From Burkholderiaceae bacterium (GTDB lineage Bacteria > Pseudomonadota > Gammaproteobacteria > Burkholderiales > Burkholderiaceae_E), in NCBI GenBank assembly GCA_041396685.1, contig JAWKYD010000024.1, positions 10,308 through 74,307 of the forward strand: a stretch of DNA of 64,000 bases, given 5' to 3'. A program made the translations under genes and the position numbers. Under the pieces are notes generated by a model that was not told where the DNA came from, did no database searches, and saw only the letters and a list, made by a program, of their open reading frames with translations. Shown here in pieces: positions 38,202 through 48,961 of this stretch (within the stretch, counting starts at the first letter, position 1; each line of letters starts with the position of its first letter).

Positions 38202-39293
38202 TCATGATGCCGGGCCCGCCTGCACCACCACGAGGCGGCGGCCGTCGCCGTCGAACAGCATGCCGTTCTCGAGCTGCACTTCGAACGGTAGTTCCTGGCC
38301 GGGCTCGAACGCATGCACACCCGGCGCCAACGCCACCCACGGGCGCGACATCGCTTCGAAGTGGATCATGCTTTCCGAACCGCTGATCTCTGCCACCATC
38401 ACCTTTCCCTGAACCGTGGCGGCGGGATCCGAACCAGCCGCGGCCGGGCGCACGTGGTGAGCACGCACACCAAACCGGAAGTCGCCATCCGCGATCGATG
38501 TCAAGGCCTGCGGCAGCGGCCAACGCAGACCGCCGGGAAGTTCGAACGAATCGCCGCGCTTGCGCACATCGACCATGTTCATCGGCGGATCGGAGAAGAC
38601 CGTCGCCGTGTGGGCATCGACCGGTTCCCGATAGACGGCGCCGGTCGGCCCGAACTGGGCCACCCTGCCTTCGACCAGGGCGGCGGTATGCCCCCCCAAC
38701 AGCAGCGCCTCGGTCGGCTCGGTCGTGGCGTAGACGACGGTGCAATCGCGATCGGCGAACAATCGCGGCAGTTCCTCGCGAAGCTCTTCGCGCAGTTTGT
38801 AGTCCAGATTTGCGAGCGGCTCGTCCAGCAGGACCAGGTCCGCATCCTTGACGAGCGCGCGTGCCATCGCGCAACGTTGCTGCTGACCGCCGGACAACTC
38901 GGCCGGTCGCCGGCCCAGCAACGGCGTGAGGCGCAACAAGTCGGCGACCGGATCGACACGCGCCGCGATGGCTGCGCGTGACAACCCCGCCACCCTCAAC
39001 GGCGAAGCGATGTTCTCGAATACGGTCAGATTCGGATAGTTGATGAACTGCTGGTAGACCATCGAAACATTGCGCCGCTGAACCGGCTGACCCGTGACGT
39101 CGCGCCCGCGAAACAGCACCCGCCCGCCGGAAGGCTTGACCAGGCCGGCCATCAGGCGCATCAGCGACGTCTTGCCGGCGAGTGTCGTTCCCAGCAACAC
39201 GTTGAAGCCCCGTTCGGCGAGCGCAAGATCGGTCGGATGGATATGGGTCTGCCCGTCGACGCGCAACGAGACTTGTTCGAGGATCAGGGACAC
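38202..39293 (-). CDS. ABC transporter ATP-binding protein (second ATPase of the importer)
   Basis: Degenerate Walker A (GTTLAGKTS), signature LSGGQQQR and Walker B (LLDEPL). I propose a GTG start at 39293; the RBS is weak, so the start is uncertain. Confidence 0.85.
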   Translation of the reverse strand: MSLILEQVSLRVDGQTHIHPTDLALAERGFNVLLGTTLAGKTSLMRLMAGLVKPSGGRVLFRGRDVTGQPVQRRNVSMVYQQFINYPNLTVFENIASPLRVAGLSRAAIAARVDPVADLLRLTPLLGRRPAELSGGQQQRCAMARALVKDADLVLLDEPLANLDYKLREELREELPRLFADRDCTVVYATTEPTEALLLGGHTAALVEGRVAQFGPTGAVYREPVDAHTATVFSDPPMNMVDVRKRGDSFELPGGLRWPLPQALTSIADGDFRFGVRAHHVRPAAAGSDPAATVQGKVMVAEISGSESMIHFEAMSRPWVALAPGVHAFEPGQELPFEVQLENGMLFDGDGRRLVVVQAGPAS

Positions 39294-39363
39294 GGTCGAT
39301 TGCTGTCGTTGTCGGCCGGTGGCGCCAGGGAGCGGGCGTACGCCGATCCCTGGCGCCGGCCCG

Positions 39364-41106
39364 CTACTTGGCCGCCCAGCGCTTGACCAGTTCGTCGTAC
39401 TTGACGGTCTGGCCCTTCGGCTTCTCGTTGTCGAGCTTGGCCTTGGCCCCGCCCTTGCCCAGCCATTCGGACGGATTCTTCTCCGGATTGAGCCGCGGCC
39501 CGCAACCACCGTAGACCTTGGCCTTCTCGTCGGCGACCTGCATCCGCGCCATCACCTGGTCCATCTCGCTTGCCAACCGGTCCATGGCCTGTTGGGGCGT
39601 GAAGGTGCCCGAATTGACGTCACCGATCTGCTGCCACCAGAGCTGCGCCAGCTTTGGATAGTCGGGCACGTTTACCCCGGTGGGCGTCCAGTTCACGCGA
39701 TCCGGCGAGCGATAGAACTCGACCAAACCGCCGAGCTTCGGTGCGCGCTCGGTGAAGCTCGCATGCCGCACGGTCGAATCGCGAATGAAGGTCAGACCGA
39801 CATGGCTCTTCTTGGTGTCGACCGTCTTCGAGGTGACGAACTGCGCATAGAGCCAGGCGGCCTTGCGACGATCGGTCGGTGTCGACTTGAACAACGTCCA
39901 GGAGCCGGCATCCTGATAGCCGAGCTTCTGCCCTTCTTCCCAGTACGGGCCATGCGGCGAAGGCGCCATCCGCCACTGGGGATTGCCAGCATTGTCGACC
40001 GTGTTGTTGCCCTCGCTCTTGGGGGCCACCATCGACGCGGTGAACGCCGTGTACCAGAAGATCTGCTGCGCGACATTGCCCTGCGCCAGCGCCGGCAGCG
40101 ACTGATAGAAGTCGTAGTCGGCCGCGCCCGGCGGCGCGTATTTGCGCAGCCATTCGTCCCACTTGCGTATCGCGTAGACGGCCGCGGGACCGTTGGTACC
40201 GCCTCCCCGGCTCACCGACGCGCCGGCCGGGTTACACGAGCCTTCCTCCATGCGGATGCCCCACTCGTCGATCGGGCGGCCGTTGGGCAGCCCCTTGGAC
40301 CCTCCCCCGGCCATCGACAGCCACGCATCGGTCATCCGCCAACCGAGATCGGGGGCACGCTTGCCATAGTCCATGTGACCATAGATGCGCACGCCGTCGA
40401 CCTCCTTCACGTCGTTGGTGAAGAACTCGGCGATATCTTCGTAGGCCGACCAGTTGACCGGCACCCCGAGCTCGTAGCCGTACTTGGCCTTGAACTTCGC
40501 CTGCAGATCCGGCCGATCGAACCAGTCCTTCCTGAACCAATACAGATTCGCGAACTGCTGATCGGGCAGTTGATAGAGCTTGCCATCGGGGCCGGTCGTG
40601 AACGACTTGCCCATGAAGTCGTCGATGTCCAGGCCGGGATTGGTGACATCCTTGCCTTCGCCGGCCATCCAGTCCGAAAGGTTGACGGCCAGCTGCAGAC
40701 GCGCATGCGTGCCGATCAGATCGGAATCGTTGATGTAGCCGTCGTAGAGATTGCGCTTGGTCTGCATCTGGGTCTGCACGGCCTGCACGACCTCGCCTTC
40801 GCCGAGCAGCTGGTGGTTGACCTTGATGCCGGTGATCTCTGCGAACGCCTTGGTCAGAACCTTGGATTCGTACTCGTGCGTGGGAATCGTTTCCGACAGG
40901 ACGTTGATCTCCATGCCGGCAAAGGTCTTGGCAGCGTCGACGAACCACTGCATCTCCTTCATCTGCTCGTCTTTGCTGAGCACCGAGGGCTGGAATTCCT
41001 TGTCGATCCAGCTCTTGGCCTCTTCCATGCCGGCGAGCGCCGGCGCAGCCATGGCCGCAGTCGCCAGGGCGACGCACAGAGCCAGCCTGCTACGCGTGCT
41101 GTTCAT
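39364..41106 (-). CDS. Large extracellular solute-binding protein of the glycerol-type ABC importer
   Basis: Signal peptide MNSTRSRLALCVALATAAMAAPALA. About 580 aa and SBP family 1-like. A strong GGAGGAG precedes the ATG at 41106. It is the first gene of the SBP-ATPase-ATPase-permease-permease-DUF2160-glpK string. Confidence 0.88.
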   Translation of the reverse strand: MNSTRSRLALCVALATAAMAAPALAGMEEAKSWIDKEFQPSVLSKDEQMKEMQWFVDAAKTFAGMEINVLSETIPTHEYESKVLTKAFAEITGIKVNHQLLGEGEVVQAVQTQMQTKRNLYDGYINDSDLIGTHARLQLAVNLSDWMAGEGKDVTNPGLDIDDFMGKSFTTGPDGKLYQLPDQQFANLYWFRKDWFDRPDLQAKFKAKYGYELGVPVNWSAYEDIAEFFTNDVKEVDGVRIYGHMDYGKRAPDLGWRMTDAWLSMAGGGSKGLPNGRPIDEWGIRMEEGSCNPAGASVSRGGGTNGPAAVYAIRKWDEWLRKYAPPGAADYDFYQSLPALAQGNVAQQIFWYTAFTASMVAPKSEGNNTVDNAGNPQWRMAPSPHGPYWEEGQKLGYQDAGSWTLFKSTPTDRRKAAWLYAQFVTSKTVDTKKSHVGLTFIRDSTVRHASFTERAPKLGGLVEFYRSPDRVNWTPTGVNVPDYPKLAQLWWQQIGDVNSGTFTPQQAMDRLASEMDQVMARMQVADEKAKVYGGCGPRLNPEKNPSEWLGKGGAKAKLDNEKPKGQTVKYDELVKRWAAK

Positions 41107-41345
41107 ATCTCCTCCGTTGTCTTTTCGGGGTGAAGCGCGCCGATCGTACAACCGAAAAAAAACGAATGTCAATCGAAAGAGAACGCTCGTTCGATCGACA
41201 CTGTCCGTGAACAATGTCACGCGAACTCGGCTTCGTCTTGCAATTTCGCGCCAATTCGAAATAATTCGAATCTCTGAGACACGCGAATCTCTTTGCCATC
41301 GATACCGCAAATGGGTCAGCGTGCTCCTTGAACAGGTGATTTGGC
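41107..41345. promoter_or_regulatory. AT-rich divergent glp control region with candidate GlpR (DeoR-type) operators
   Basis: GAACG-CT-CGTTC palindrome at 41181-41192, adjacent TTCGATCGA, GTGA-N6-TCAC at 41207-41220, and tandem AATTCGAA-AT-AATTCGAA at 41253-41270. TTCGA/CGAAC-type half-sites resemble the E. coli GlpR operator core. Confidence 0.45.
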
Positions 41346-42164
41346 ATGGCAGTGCTTTCCCCCCGTCAGCACGAAATCGTGGACTTGGCGCGCGATGCCG
41401 CGCGCGTCGACGTCGATTCGCTGGCTGCCCACTTCGACGTCACGCCGCAAACGATCCGCAAGGACCTGAACGAGTTGGCCACGCAGGGCCTGCTCCAGCG
41501 CTTTCATGGCGGCGCGATGCTGTCCTCGGGCGTGGCCAACCTCGCCTACGACCGCCGGCGCCGGCTGGCCACCGGCGCGAAGCACGCCATCGGCGATCGC
41601 GCGGCAGCCCTGATCCCCGACGACTGCTCGTTGTTCATCAACATCGGCACCACGACCGAGCAGGTCGCGCGTGCGTTGCGCGGTCGTCGCGGCCTGATGG
41701 TCATCACGAACAACCTGAACGTCGCCCACATCCTGCAGGGTCAGTCGCACATCGAGGTGGTGGTCGCCGGCGGCGTGCTGCGCCACTCGGACGGTGGCAT
41801 CGTGGGCGAGGCAGCGGTCGAATTCATCCGCCAGTTCAAGGTCGACTATGCGGTGATCGGCGCATCCGCCATCGACCCCGACGGTGCGCTGCTCGATTTC
41901 GACTATCGCGAGGTCAGCGTTGCGAAGGCGATCATGGCCGGCAGCCGGCATGCGATGCTGGTGGCCGATCACATGAAGCTCTCACGATCGGCGCCGGTGC
42001 GCATTGGCCACCTGGCCGACCTGGACACCTTCGTCACCGATCAGCCGTTGCCACCGGAACTGGCGCGCCTTTGCGAAGAGGCCAACGTAGCCATCGCCCT
42101 GGCGGGTCGGCAGGCGCTCGAGACCCCTGAACGCAGTGACGCCGGCGACGAGGCATGGTCGTGA
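41346..42164 (+). CDS. glpR: DeoR/GlpR-family transcriptional repressor
   Basis: RQHEIVDLAR....VDSLAAHFDVTPQTIRKDLNELATQGLLQRFHGGA is a DeoR HTH, followed by a sugar-phosphate-binding C-terminal domain. It lies immediately upstream of glpD. Confidence 0.88.
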   Translation: MAVLSPRQHEIVDLARDAARVDVDSLAAHFDVTPQTIRKDLNELATQGLLQRFHGGAMLSSGVANLAYDRRRRLATGAKHAIGDRAAALIPDDCSLFINIGTTTEQVARALRGRRGLMVITNNLNVAHILQGQSHIEVVVAGGVLRHSDGGIVGEAAVEFIRQFKVDYAVIGASAIDPDGALLDFDYREVSVAKAIMAGSRHAMLVADHMKLSRSAPVRIGHLADLDTFVTDQPLPPELARLCEEANVAIALAGRQALETPERSDAGDEAWS

Positions 42165-43777
42165 ACGCTATCGCCAGCGTACCCGCGCACGTCATGTCCG
42201 GCAGTCTCGATCGCGCCGCCGCACTGCGCTCCATCTCCGAGAACGAGCACTTCGATATTCTCGTCATCGGTGGCGGCGCCACCGGCCTGGGCATCGCCCT
42301 GGACGCTGCCGCACGCGGATTTCGCGTTGCGCTGCTCGAGCGCAATGATTTCGCCAAGGGCACCTCGTCGCGCGCCACCAAACTGCTGCACGGCGGCGTA
42401 CGGTACCTGGCCCAAGGCAATGTCTCGCTGGTGCGCGAGGCATTGCACGAGCGCACCCAGGTGCTGCACAACGCGCCGCACCTGGCCCAGCCGCTGCCCT
42501 TTCTGACGCCGGTTTATGGCCTTCGGGGACGCTGGTTCGACCGCCCGTTCTTCGGGGGCGGCTTGCGCTTGTACGACCTGCTGGCCGGTGCCGCCGGCAT
42601 CGGCCATACCGAGTTCATGAACACGGCCGAGACACGTCGATTGATGCCCGGGGTGCGCGAGCACGACCTACGCGGCGCGATCCGCTACTGGGATGGTCAG
42701 TTCGACGATGCGCGACTCGCGGTCGCGCTGGCGCGCACGGCCAGGACGCGGGGTGCGACGTTGCTGAATCACTGCACGGTCGATGGCCTGGTGCACGACG
42801 GCAAGCGCGTCCGTGGCGCGACGGCGCACGACAACGAGAACGGCCGATCGCTCCAAGTACGCGCCGATTGCGTGATCAATGCCACGGGCGTCTGGGTGGA
42901 CGCCGTCCGCCGCATGGACAGCAAGGGCCGCCGCGAGACCGTCTCGCCGAGTCAGGGGGTGCACCTCGTGGTCGACGCCGACTTCCTGCGCAGCAACCAT
43001 GCGCTGCTGGTGCCCAGGACCCGCGACGGCCGGGTCTTGTTCGCGGTGCCCTGGCTGGGCAAGGTCATTCTGGGCACGACGGACACACCTCGCGACGACC
43101 TGGCCGAAGAGCCGCAGCCCTTTGCCGACGAGATCGCGTTCATCCTGGAGGAATCCGCGCGCTACCTCGAGCGCCCGCCGACAGGTGCCGATGTTCGATC
43201 GGTCTGGGTCGGACTGCGGCCGCTGGTACGCCCGCCCGACGACGCGGATGGTGGCACCAAGACCCTGTCGCGCGAGCACACCGTGATCGTCGATGATTCC
43301 GGTCTGACCACCGTCACGGGCGGCAAGTGGACGACCTATCGGGCGATGGCCGAGGATGTGCTGGAGGCTTGCGCCGATCACGGTCTCATCGAACGTCGCC
43401 AAGCGGGTGTCACGCGTGATCTACGCCTGGCCGGAGCCCCCGAAGAAGCGACGATTCCGATCAGTGCCCCGCCGGGCCTGCATCTCTACGGAACCGATGC
43501 CGATGCGGTGCGGTCACTGGCCGGTGCGGATAGCTGGCTGGCCCCCGGCCTGAGCGAGGCGATGGTGCGATTCGCCGCGCGCGTCGAGGGCGCGCGCACG
43601 ATCGAGGATGTGCTCGCCCGCCGTTCGCGCCTGTTGTTCCTGGATGCCCGGGCCGCGCTGGATGCCGCTGCCCCGGTAGCCCGGCTGCTGGCGGACGAGC
43701 GTGGCCAGGATTACGACCCAGAGCGGGATCGGGCGCATTTCGCCGCACTGGCGGCCGGCTACCGTTGGCAGGCCTGA
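42155..43777 (+). CDS. glpD: Aerobic glycerol-3-phosphate dehydrogenase (FAD-dependent)
   Basis: FDILVIGGGATGLGIALDAAARG, GTSSRATKLLHGGVRYL, and the C-terminal alpha-GPDH domain. The start is the ATG at 42155 (overlapping glpR) or 42194. Confidence 0.92.
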   Translation: MVVNAIASVPAHVMSGSLDRAAALRSISENEHFDILVIGGGATGLGIALDAAARGFRVALLERNDFAKGTSSRATKLLHGGVRYLAQGNVSLVREALHERTQVLHNAPHLAQPLPFLTPVYGLRGRWFDRPFFGGGLRLYDLLAGAAGIGHTEFMNTAETRRLMPGVREHDLRGAIRYWDGQFDDARLAVALARTARTRGATLLNHCTVDGLVHDGKRVRGATAHDNENGRSLQVRADCVINATGVWVDAVRRMDSKGRRETVSPSQGVHLVVDADFLRSNHALLVPRTRDGRVLFAVPWLGKVILGTTDTPRDDLAEEPQPFADEIAFILEESARYLERPPTGADVRSVWVGLRPLVRPPDDADGGTKTLSREHTVIVDDSGLTTVTGGKWTTYRAMAEDVLEACADHGLIERRQAGVTRDLRLAGAPEEATIPISAPPGLHLYGTDADAVRSLAGADSWLAPGLSEAMVRFAARVEGARTIEDVLARRSRLLFLDARAALDAAAPVARLLADERGQDYDPERDRAHFAALAAGYRWQA

Positions 43778-43801
43778 ACCCCGGCGTCGCGGGCTCGCCG
43801 G

Positions 43802-44224
43802 TCAGCTGGGCCGGTTGCCTTCGAGTTGGTCGGCGTCCGGGTCGACCGGCATCCAGGGCCTGCGGCTCTTCATCCAGATGCTCAGGGCGATCGCCATGTG
43901 ATCGCTGTCGTCGAGCGAACCGACCTTGAGCACCGTCATCTCGGGGGTGTGATCGCGCCGCGTGTGAATCGGTGACCCGCAATCGCCGCAGAACGAGCGA
44001 TGCAGGATGTTGCCACTGTCGACCGTTTTCGAGAACACCTTGGGCTCGCCCTGCGTCAAGCGCAGCTTGGCACTCGGCAAGACGGCGTTGGCACTCGCCC
44101 CGGCCCCGCTCGCCCTCTGGCAGTCGGTACAGTGACAATGAACCAGTTTCGCGAGCGGCGTGAGGACTTCGTAGCGGATGGCGCCGCACAGGCAACCGCC
44201 GGTGTGATGAACGACTTCGGTCAT
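43802..44224 (-). CDS. GFA family (CENP-V / glutathione-dependent formaldehyde-activating-like) zinc protein
   Basis: GGCLCGAIRY...CHCTDCQRASG...FCGDCGSPI is the GFA cysteine pattern. Product is 140 aa. Confidence 0.85.
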   Translation of the reverse strand: MTEVVHHTGGCLCGAIRYEVLTPLAKLVHCHCTDCQRASGAGASANAVLPSAKLRLTQGEPKVFSKTVDSGNILHRSFCGDCGSPIHTRRDHTPEMTVLKVGSLDDSDHMAIALSIWMKSRRPWMPVDPDADQLEGNRPS

Positions 44225-44261
44225 AAGGGCTCCGATGGGGATGCGATCGGCGTTGGCCGGT

Positions 44262-46652
44262 TCAAGCACCGGCTCCGCGACCCTGAGCGGCCGCTTCGAG
44301 CTTCCTGGCCAGGTCTTCCTTGGCCCGCTGAGCGAGCGTGTACATCTGCGCCGCGCCGGTTTCGTACTGAACCGGCCAGGACTGACCGCGATAGTCGTAG
44401 TCGGCCGCCGCATGCAGGGTGAAGTAAGGATTGGCCAGATGCGGGCGCGCGAGCGCGACGAGGTCCGCCCTGCCCGATACGAGCAGCGTGTTCGCCTGGT
44501 CGGCCGAGGTGATCGCGCCGACGGCCATGGTCGGCAGCCCGGTTTCGAGACGGATCTGCTCGGCGAATGCCGCCTGATACATGCGCCCATAGAGCGGCCG
44601 GCTGGCCGGATCCGTCTGGCCGGTGGAGACGTCGATGAGATCGCAGCCGAGCGCACGCAGCGCGCGAGCAACCTCGACCGAGTCGGCGCCGGACTGGCCG
44701 CCGGTGATCCAGTCGGTGGCCGACAGACGTACGCTCAGCGGCTTGGCCTGCGGCCAGGTCGCACGGACCGCCTCGAACAGCTCGAGCGGAAAACGCATGC
44801 GCTTGACGACGTCGCCGCCGTAGTCGTCCTTGCGATGATTGGTGATCGGTGACAGGAAACTGGCCAGCAGGTAGCCGTGCGCCATGTGCAGCTCGAGCAT
44901 GTCGAAGCCGGCCTCGTCGGCCAGGCGGGCCGAATGAACGAACTCCGCAATCACACGATCCATGTCGTCGCGCGCCATCTCGCGCGGAACCTGATTGACG
45001 CCTTTGCGGTATGGGATTGCGGAGGCCGACACCAGTGGCCAGTTGGCGGCCTTCTTCTCCAACGGATGGTCCATGCGCTCCCAACCGAGCTGGGTCGAGC
45101 CCTTGCGACCGGCGTGCCCGAGCTGCATGCAAAGCTTCGTTTCTGTCTGCCCATGGACGAAGTCGACGATACGCTTGAACGCCAGCATCTGCTCGCGGTT
45201 CCAGAGGCCGGTGCAGCCCGGCGTGATGCGCGCGTCTTCGGACGGACAAGTCATCTCCATGAACACCAGTCCGGCACCACCGAGCGCTCGCGAACCGTAG
45301 TGCACGAGATGCCAGTCGGTGGGGACGCCCTCGACGGCCGAATACTGGGCCATGGGCGAAACCACGATCCGATTCTGCAGCCACGCCTCACGCAGGCGGA
45401 ACGGCGCGAAGATCGGTGGTGCATCGAGCCAGGGCGCGGGGCCACCGTGACCATCGTCGGCGCGCAGGCCCAGCGCCTGGGCCTGTTGCCGGTTCCACCA
45501 GCGCGTGACCTCGCCGACGAGCACGGGATCACGCATGCGCAGATTCTCGTAGGTGATCTGTTTGCTGCGCGTGAGCAGGCTGATGTTGAACTGAACCGGG
45601 TCCATCTGCCAGAAGCGGCGAACGTTTTCGAACCAGACCAGGGACACGTTGGCCGAATGGCGGATCCGCCCGGCCTCTTCGTGACGCTCGGCCTCGTAAC
45701 GCGCCATCGCCCCGGCGAGATCGGCCAACGGGTCGCCACCGTGCTCCTGGGCCTGGGCGACGATGGCCTCGTGCAATGCGATGGCGTCTTCGAGTGCCAG
45801 CTTGGTGCCAGACCCGATGGACCAGTGTGCGGTGTGAGCGGCATCACCAAGCAGCACGATCTGACTGCCATCGACCTCGTGGCACCAGGTCGCGCAATCG
45901 ATGCTCGGAAACTGCCGCCAGTGCGAGCGGTTGGTCAGGACCTTGGCACCTTGCAGATCGTCGGCAAAGATGCGTTCGACGAGTTCGGCGGTGCCCTGTT
46001 CGTCGTCGATGGCCAGGCCACTGTCGAGGAACGCATCGTCAGTGGTTTCGATGACGATCGTGGAATGACCCGCCTTGTACTGATAGGCGTGCATGTTCCA
46101 GATATGGCCGCGATGCTCGCGGAAACTGTAGTAGAAGCCCGGCAGGTTCATGCGCGCGCCGAGCCAGACGAAGCGATTCGTACGCAGATCGACATCGGGT
46201 TTGAAATGCGACTCGTAAGCGTTGCGAATGGCGCTGTTGATGCCATCGGCGGCGATGATCAGGTCGGCTCCCTGGTGCGCGCCCACCCCCTTGTCCTCGG
46301 TTTCGTAGGCGATCTCGATGCCGAGCGACTGGGCGCGCTTTTGCAGGATGCGCAGCAGCGCAAGCCGCTCCAGGCCGGAAAAGCCATGGCCCGAAGACTT
46401 CAGCACCTGCCCCTTGTACTGAACGTAGATATCGTCCCAGTAAGCGAAGTTCGCGGCGATGCGCTGATGCGACTTTTCGTCGGTCCGTGCCAGGCGGCCG
46501 AGGGTTTCGTCGGAGAGCACGATCCCGAAGCCGAAAGTGTCGTCGGGCCGATTGCGCTCGACCACCGAGATCCTGGCATCCGGGTAGCTCTTCTTGAGCA
46601 AAATCGCGCTGTAGAGCCCCGCCGGACCACCTCCCACCACGTCGACCCGCAT
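44262..46652 (-). CDS. Bifunctional FAD monooxygenase / Old-Yellow-Enzyme reductase (salicylyl-CoA 5-hydroxylase / 2-aminobenzoyl-CoA monooxygenase-reductase type)
   Basis: N-terminal VVGGGPAGLYSA and GDAAHTAHWSIGSGTKLALEDA (flavin aromatic hydroxylase). C-terminal half has NRIVVSPM..., HAGRKGS and HMAHGYLLASFLSP (OYE/NADH:flavin oxidoreductase). AGGAGGC precedes the ATG at 46652. Confidence 0.85.
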   Translation of the reverse strand: MRVDVVGGGPAGLYSAILLKKSYPDARISVVERNRPDDTFGFGIVLSDETLGRLARTDEKSHQRIAANFAYWDDIYVQYKGQVLKSSGHGFSGLERLALLRILQKRAQSLGIEIAYETEDKGVGAHQGADLIIAADGINSAIRNAYESHFKPDVDLRTNRFVWLGARMNLPGFYYSFREHRGHIWNMHAYQYKAGHSTIVIETTDDAFLDSGLAIDDEQGTAELVERIFADDLQGAKVLTNRSHWRQFPSIDCATWCHEVDGSQIVLLGDAAHTAHWSIGSGTKLALEDAIALHEAIVAQAQEHGGDPLADLAGAMARYEAERHEEAGRIRHSANVSLVWFENVRRFWQMDPVQFNISLLTRSKQITYENLRMRDPVLVGEVTRWWNRQQAQALGLRADDGHGGPAPWLDAPPIFAPFRLREAWLQNRIVVSPMAQYSAVEGVPTDWHLVHYGSRALGGAGLVFMEMTCPSEDARITPGCTGLWNREQMLAFKRIVDFVHGQTETKLCMQLGHAGRKGSTQLGWERMDHPLEKKAANWPLVSASAIPYRKGVNQVPREMARDDMDRVIAEFVHSARLADEAGFDMLELHMAHGYLLASFLSPITNHRKDDYGGDVVKRMRFPLELFEAVRATWPQAKPLSVRLSATDWITGGQSGADSVEVARALRALGCDLIDVSTGQTDPASRPLYGRMYQAAFAEQIRLETGLPTMAVGAITSADQANTLLVSGRADLVALARPHLANPYFTLHAAADYDYRGQSWPVQYETGAAQMYTLAQRAKEDLARKLEAAAQGRGAGA

Positions 46653-46736
46653 GTCGCCTCCTTGTGCGCTCGATGTCCCTACTCGACAAGAACCGGTCTT
46701 GCCGTTCAATTATTTTAAGTTTAAAGTATTTCCACC

Positions 46737-48023
46737 ATGAGCTCAGATGTCAATGACTTGCCGCCGGCAGCCACGCGCGACGCCTGCCTCGCGATGGACG
46801 AACGCGACACCCTCGCCGCGCATCGAGAGGCATTCTCGATACCACCGGGCCTGATCTATCTCGACGGCAACTCGCTGGGACCGCTGCCGGTGGCGACGCG
46901 CCGGCGCCTGCGCGAAGTCGTCGACGACGAATGGGGCCGTGGCCTGATCGCGAGCTGGAACAGCGCCGGCTGGATCGACGCCCCGGCGCGTGTCGGTGAC
47001 AAGATCGCCCGCCTGATCGGTGCGGCGCCCGGCCAGGTGGTGGCTGCCGACAGCACCTCGATCAATCTGTACAAGGTGTTGTCGGCTGCCCTGAAATTGC
47101 GGCCCGACCGACGCGTGATCGTTTCCGAGCGCGGCAATTTCCCCACCGATCTCTACATCGCGCAAGGTCTGATCGCGCAGCTCGATGCCGGCCACACGCT
47201 GCGCCTGGTCGAGCGCGACGCGCTCGATGGCGCGATCGACGATTCGGTCGCCGCCGTGATGCTGACCCAGGTCGACTATCGCACCGGGCACCGCCTGCCG
47301 ATGGCATCCGTCACGGCGCGCGCGCACGCTGCCGGGGCGCTCATGATCTGGGATCTCGCCCATTCGGCCGGAGCGTTTCCGGTCGCGCTCGATGACGCAC
47401 ATGCCGATTTCGCGATCGGCTGCAGTTACAAGTATCTGAACGGTGGCCCGGGCGCAACGGCGTTCTTGTACGTTGCCGCACGCCATCAGCAGAGTTTCCT
47501 GCAACCGCTGACCGGCTGGCTCGGCCATGCGGCACCGTTCGCGTTCGAAACCGGTTACCGACCGGCAGACGGCATCGGCCGCGCATTGTGCGGTACGCCC
47601 CCGATTCTTTCGTTGAGCGCCGCCGAGTGCGGGGTGGACACCTTGCTGGCCACCCTGCCGGATGGCGGCCTTGCCGCACTGCACGCCAAGGCCTGCTCGC
47701 TGATCGACGTTTTCGTGTCCGTCGCGCTGGCGGGCGGCGCGCGTCACGGCCTGCGTTGCGTGACACCGGCCGCGCCGGCCGATCGCGGCAGTCAGGCCAG
47801 CTTCGTGCTACCCGATGGCGACCAGGCTCATGCGGTCGTGCAAGCACTGATCGCCGAAGGGGTCGTCGGCGACTTTCGCGCACCCGACATCCTGCGCTTC
47901 GGGTTCGCGCCGCTCTATCTTCGTCATGTCGACGCTTACGATGCCGCCACCCGCCTGGTGGACATTCTCGAAACAGGCCGATGGCGCGAACCCCGATTCC
48001 TCGCACGCAAGGCGGTGACCTGA
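46737..48023 (+). CDS. kynU: Kynureninase
   Basis: [20 protein letters not shown], and [12 protein letters not shown] (the PLP lysine region). Confidence 0.93.
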   Translation: MSSDVNDLPPAATRDACLAMDERDTLAAHREAFSIPPGLIYLDGNSLGPLPVATRRRLREVVDDEWGRGLIASWNSAGWIDAPARVGDKIARLIGAAPGQVVAADSTSINLYKVLSAALKLRPDRRVIVSERGNFPTDLYIAQGLIAQLDAGHTLRLVERDALDGAIDDSVAAVMLTQVDYRTGHRLPMASVTARAHAAGALMIWDLAHSAGAFPVALDDAHADFAIGCSYKYLNGGPGATAFLYVAARHQQSFLQPLTGWLGHAAPFAFETGYRPADGIGRALCGTPPILSLSAAECGVDTLLATLPDGGLAALHAKACSLIDVFVSVALAGGARHGLRCVTPAAPADRGSQASFVLPDGDQAHAVVQALIAEGVVGDFRAPDILRFGFAPLYLRHVDAYDAATRLVDILETGRWREPRFLARKAVT

Positions 48024-48120
48024 TGCGGTACACGACGATGATCCGGCATGCGCGCCGCGCGATGTCGGTGGCACGCCCCGCCCCCGGCGTGCCGGCAGGT
48101 CGGCTCGACGGAGGCAGGCG

Positions 48121-48945
48121 ATGAGCGAGCGATTCGAAGACGCGCGGCTCGATTATTCGGCCACGATGACCTACGGCGACTACCTGCAGCTGGACCGCGT
48201 ACTCGATGCGCAGTCGCTGCGCAGCGGCGATCCCAACGAGTTGCTTTTCATCATCCAGCACCAGACCAGTGAACTGTGGATGAAGCTGGCGATCCATGAA
48301 TTGCGTCTCGCGCGTGACGCGATCCGGGCATCGAGCATGTCCAGCGCATTCAAGACCCTGGCCAGGGTGTCGCGCATCATGGAGCAACTCGTGCAGGCGT
48401 GGAACGTCCTGTCCACGCTCACGCCGTCCGAATATTCGCGGCTGCGCGCCTCGCTGGGTGAATCCTCGGGCTTCCAGTCCTATCAATACAGGATCATCGA
48501 GTTCCTGCTCGGCAACAAGAACCCGGTCATGCTCAAGGCCCACGAGCACCGACCGGATCTGCTCGCGCAGGTGCGCCAGGCGCTCGACGAACCATCGATC
48601 TACGACGAGGCCATCCGCCTGCTGGCTCGTGAGGGCTTCGCCATCGCCGATCACCAGCTACAGCGCGATTTCTCGCGCGCGCGCCAGCCCGACCCCTCGG
48701 TGGCCGCCGCTTGGCTCGCCGTGTATGGCGATCCCGAGGCCCACTGGGCCCTCTACGAGCTCGCGGAGGAGTTGGTCGACCTCGAAGACGCGTTCCGTCA
48801 GTGGCGCTTCCGCCATGCGACCACGGTCGAGCGTGTCATCGGTTTCAAGCGCGGCACTGGCGGAACCGCCGGCGTCTCCTATCTGCGCAAGATGCTCGAC
48901 GTGGTGCTGTTCCCGGAGCTCTGGCAGATCCGCACCGATCTCTGA
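48121..48945 (+). CDS. kynA: Tryptophan 2,3-dioxygenase
   Basis: [14 protein letters not shown]......[17 protein letters not shown]...[13 protein letters not shown] and WRFRH...VERVIG.K.GTGG..G..YL. Confidence 0.94.
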   Translation: MSERFEDARLDYSATMTYGDYLQLDRVLDAQSLRSGDPNELLFIIQHQTSELWMKLAIHELRLARDAIRASSMSSAFKTLARVSRIMEQLVQAWNVLSTLTPSEYSRLRASLGESSGFQSYQYRIIEFLLGNKNPVMLKAHEHRPDLLAQVRQALDEPSIYDEAIRLLAREGFAIADHQLQRDFSRARQPDPSVAAAWLAVYGDPEAHWALYELAEELVDLEDAFRQWRFRHATTVERVIGFKRGTGGTAGVSYLRKMLDVVLFPELWQIRTDL

Positions 48946-48961
48946 AACGTCGCGCCTCGAC

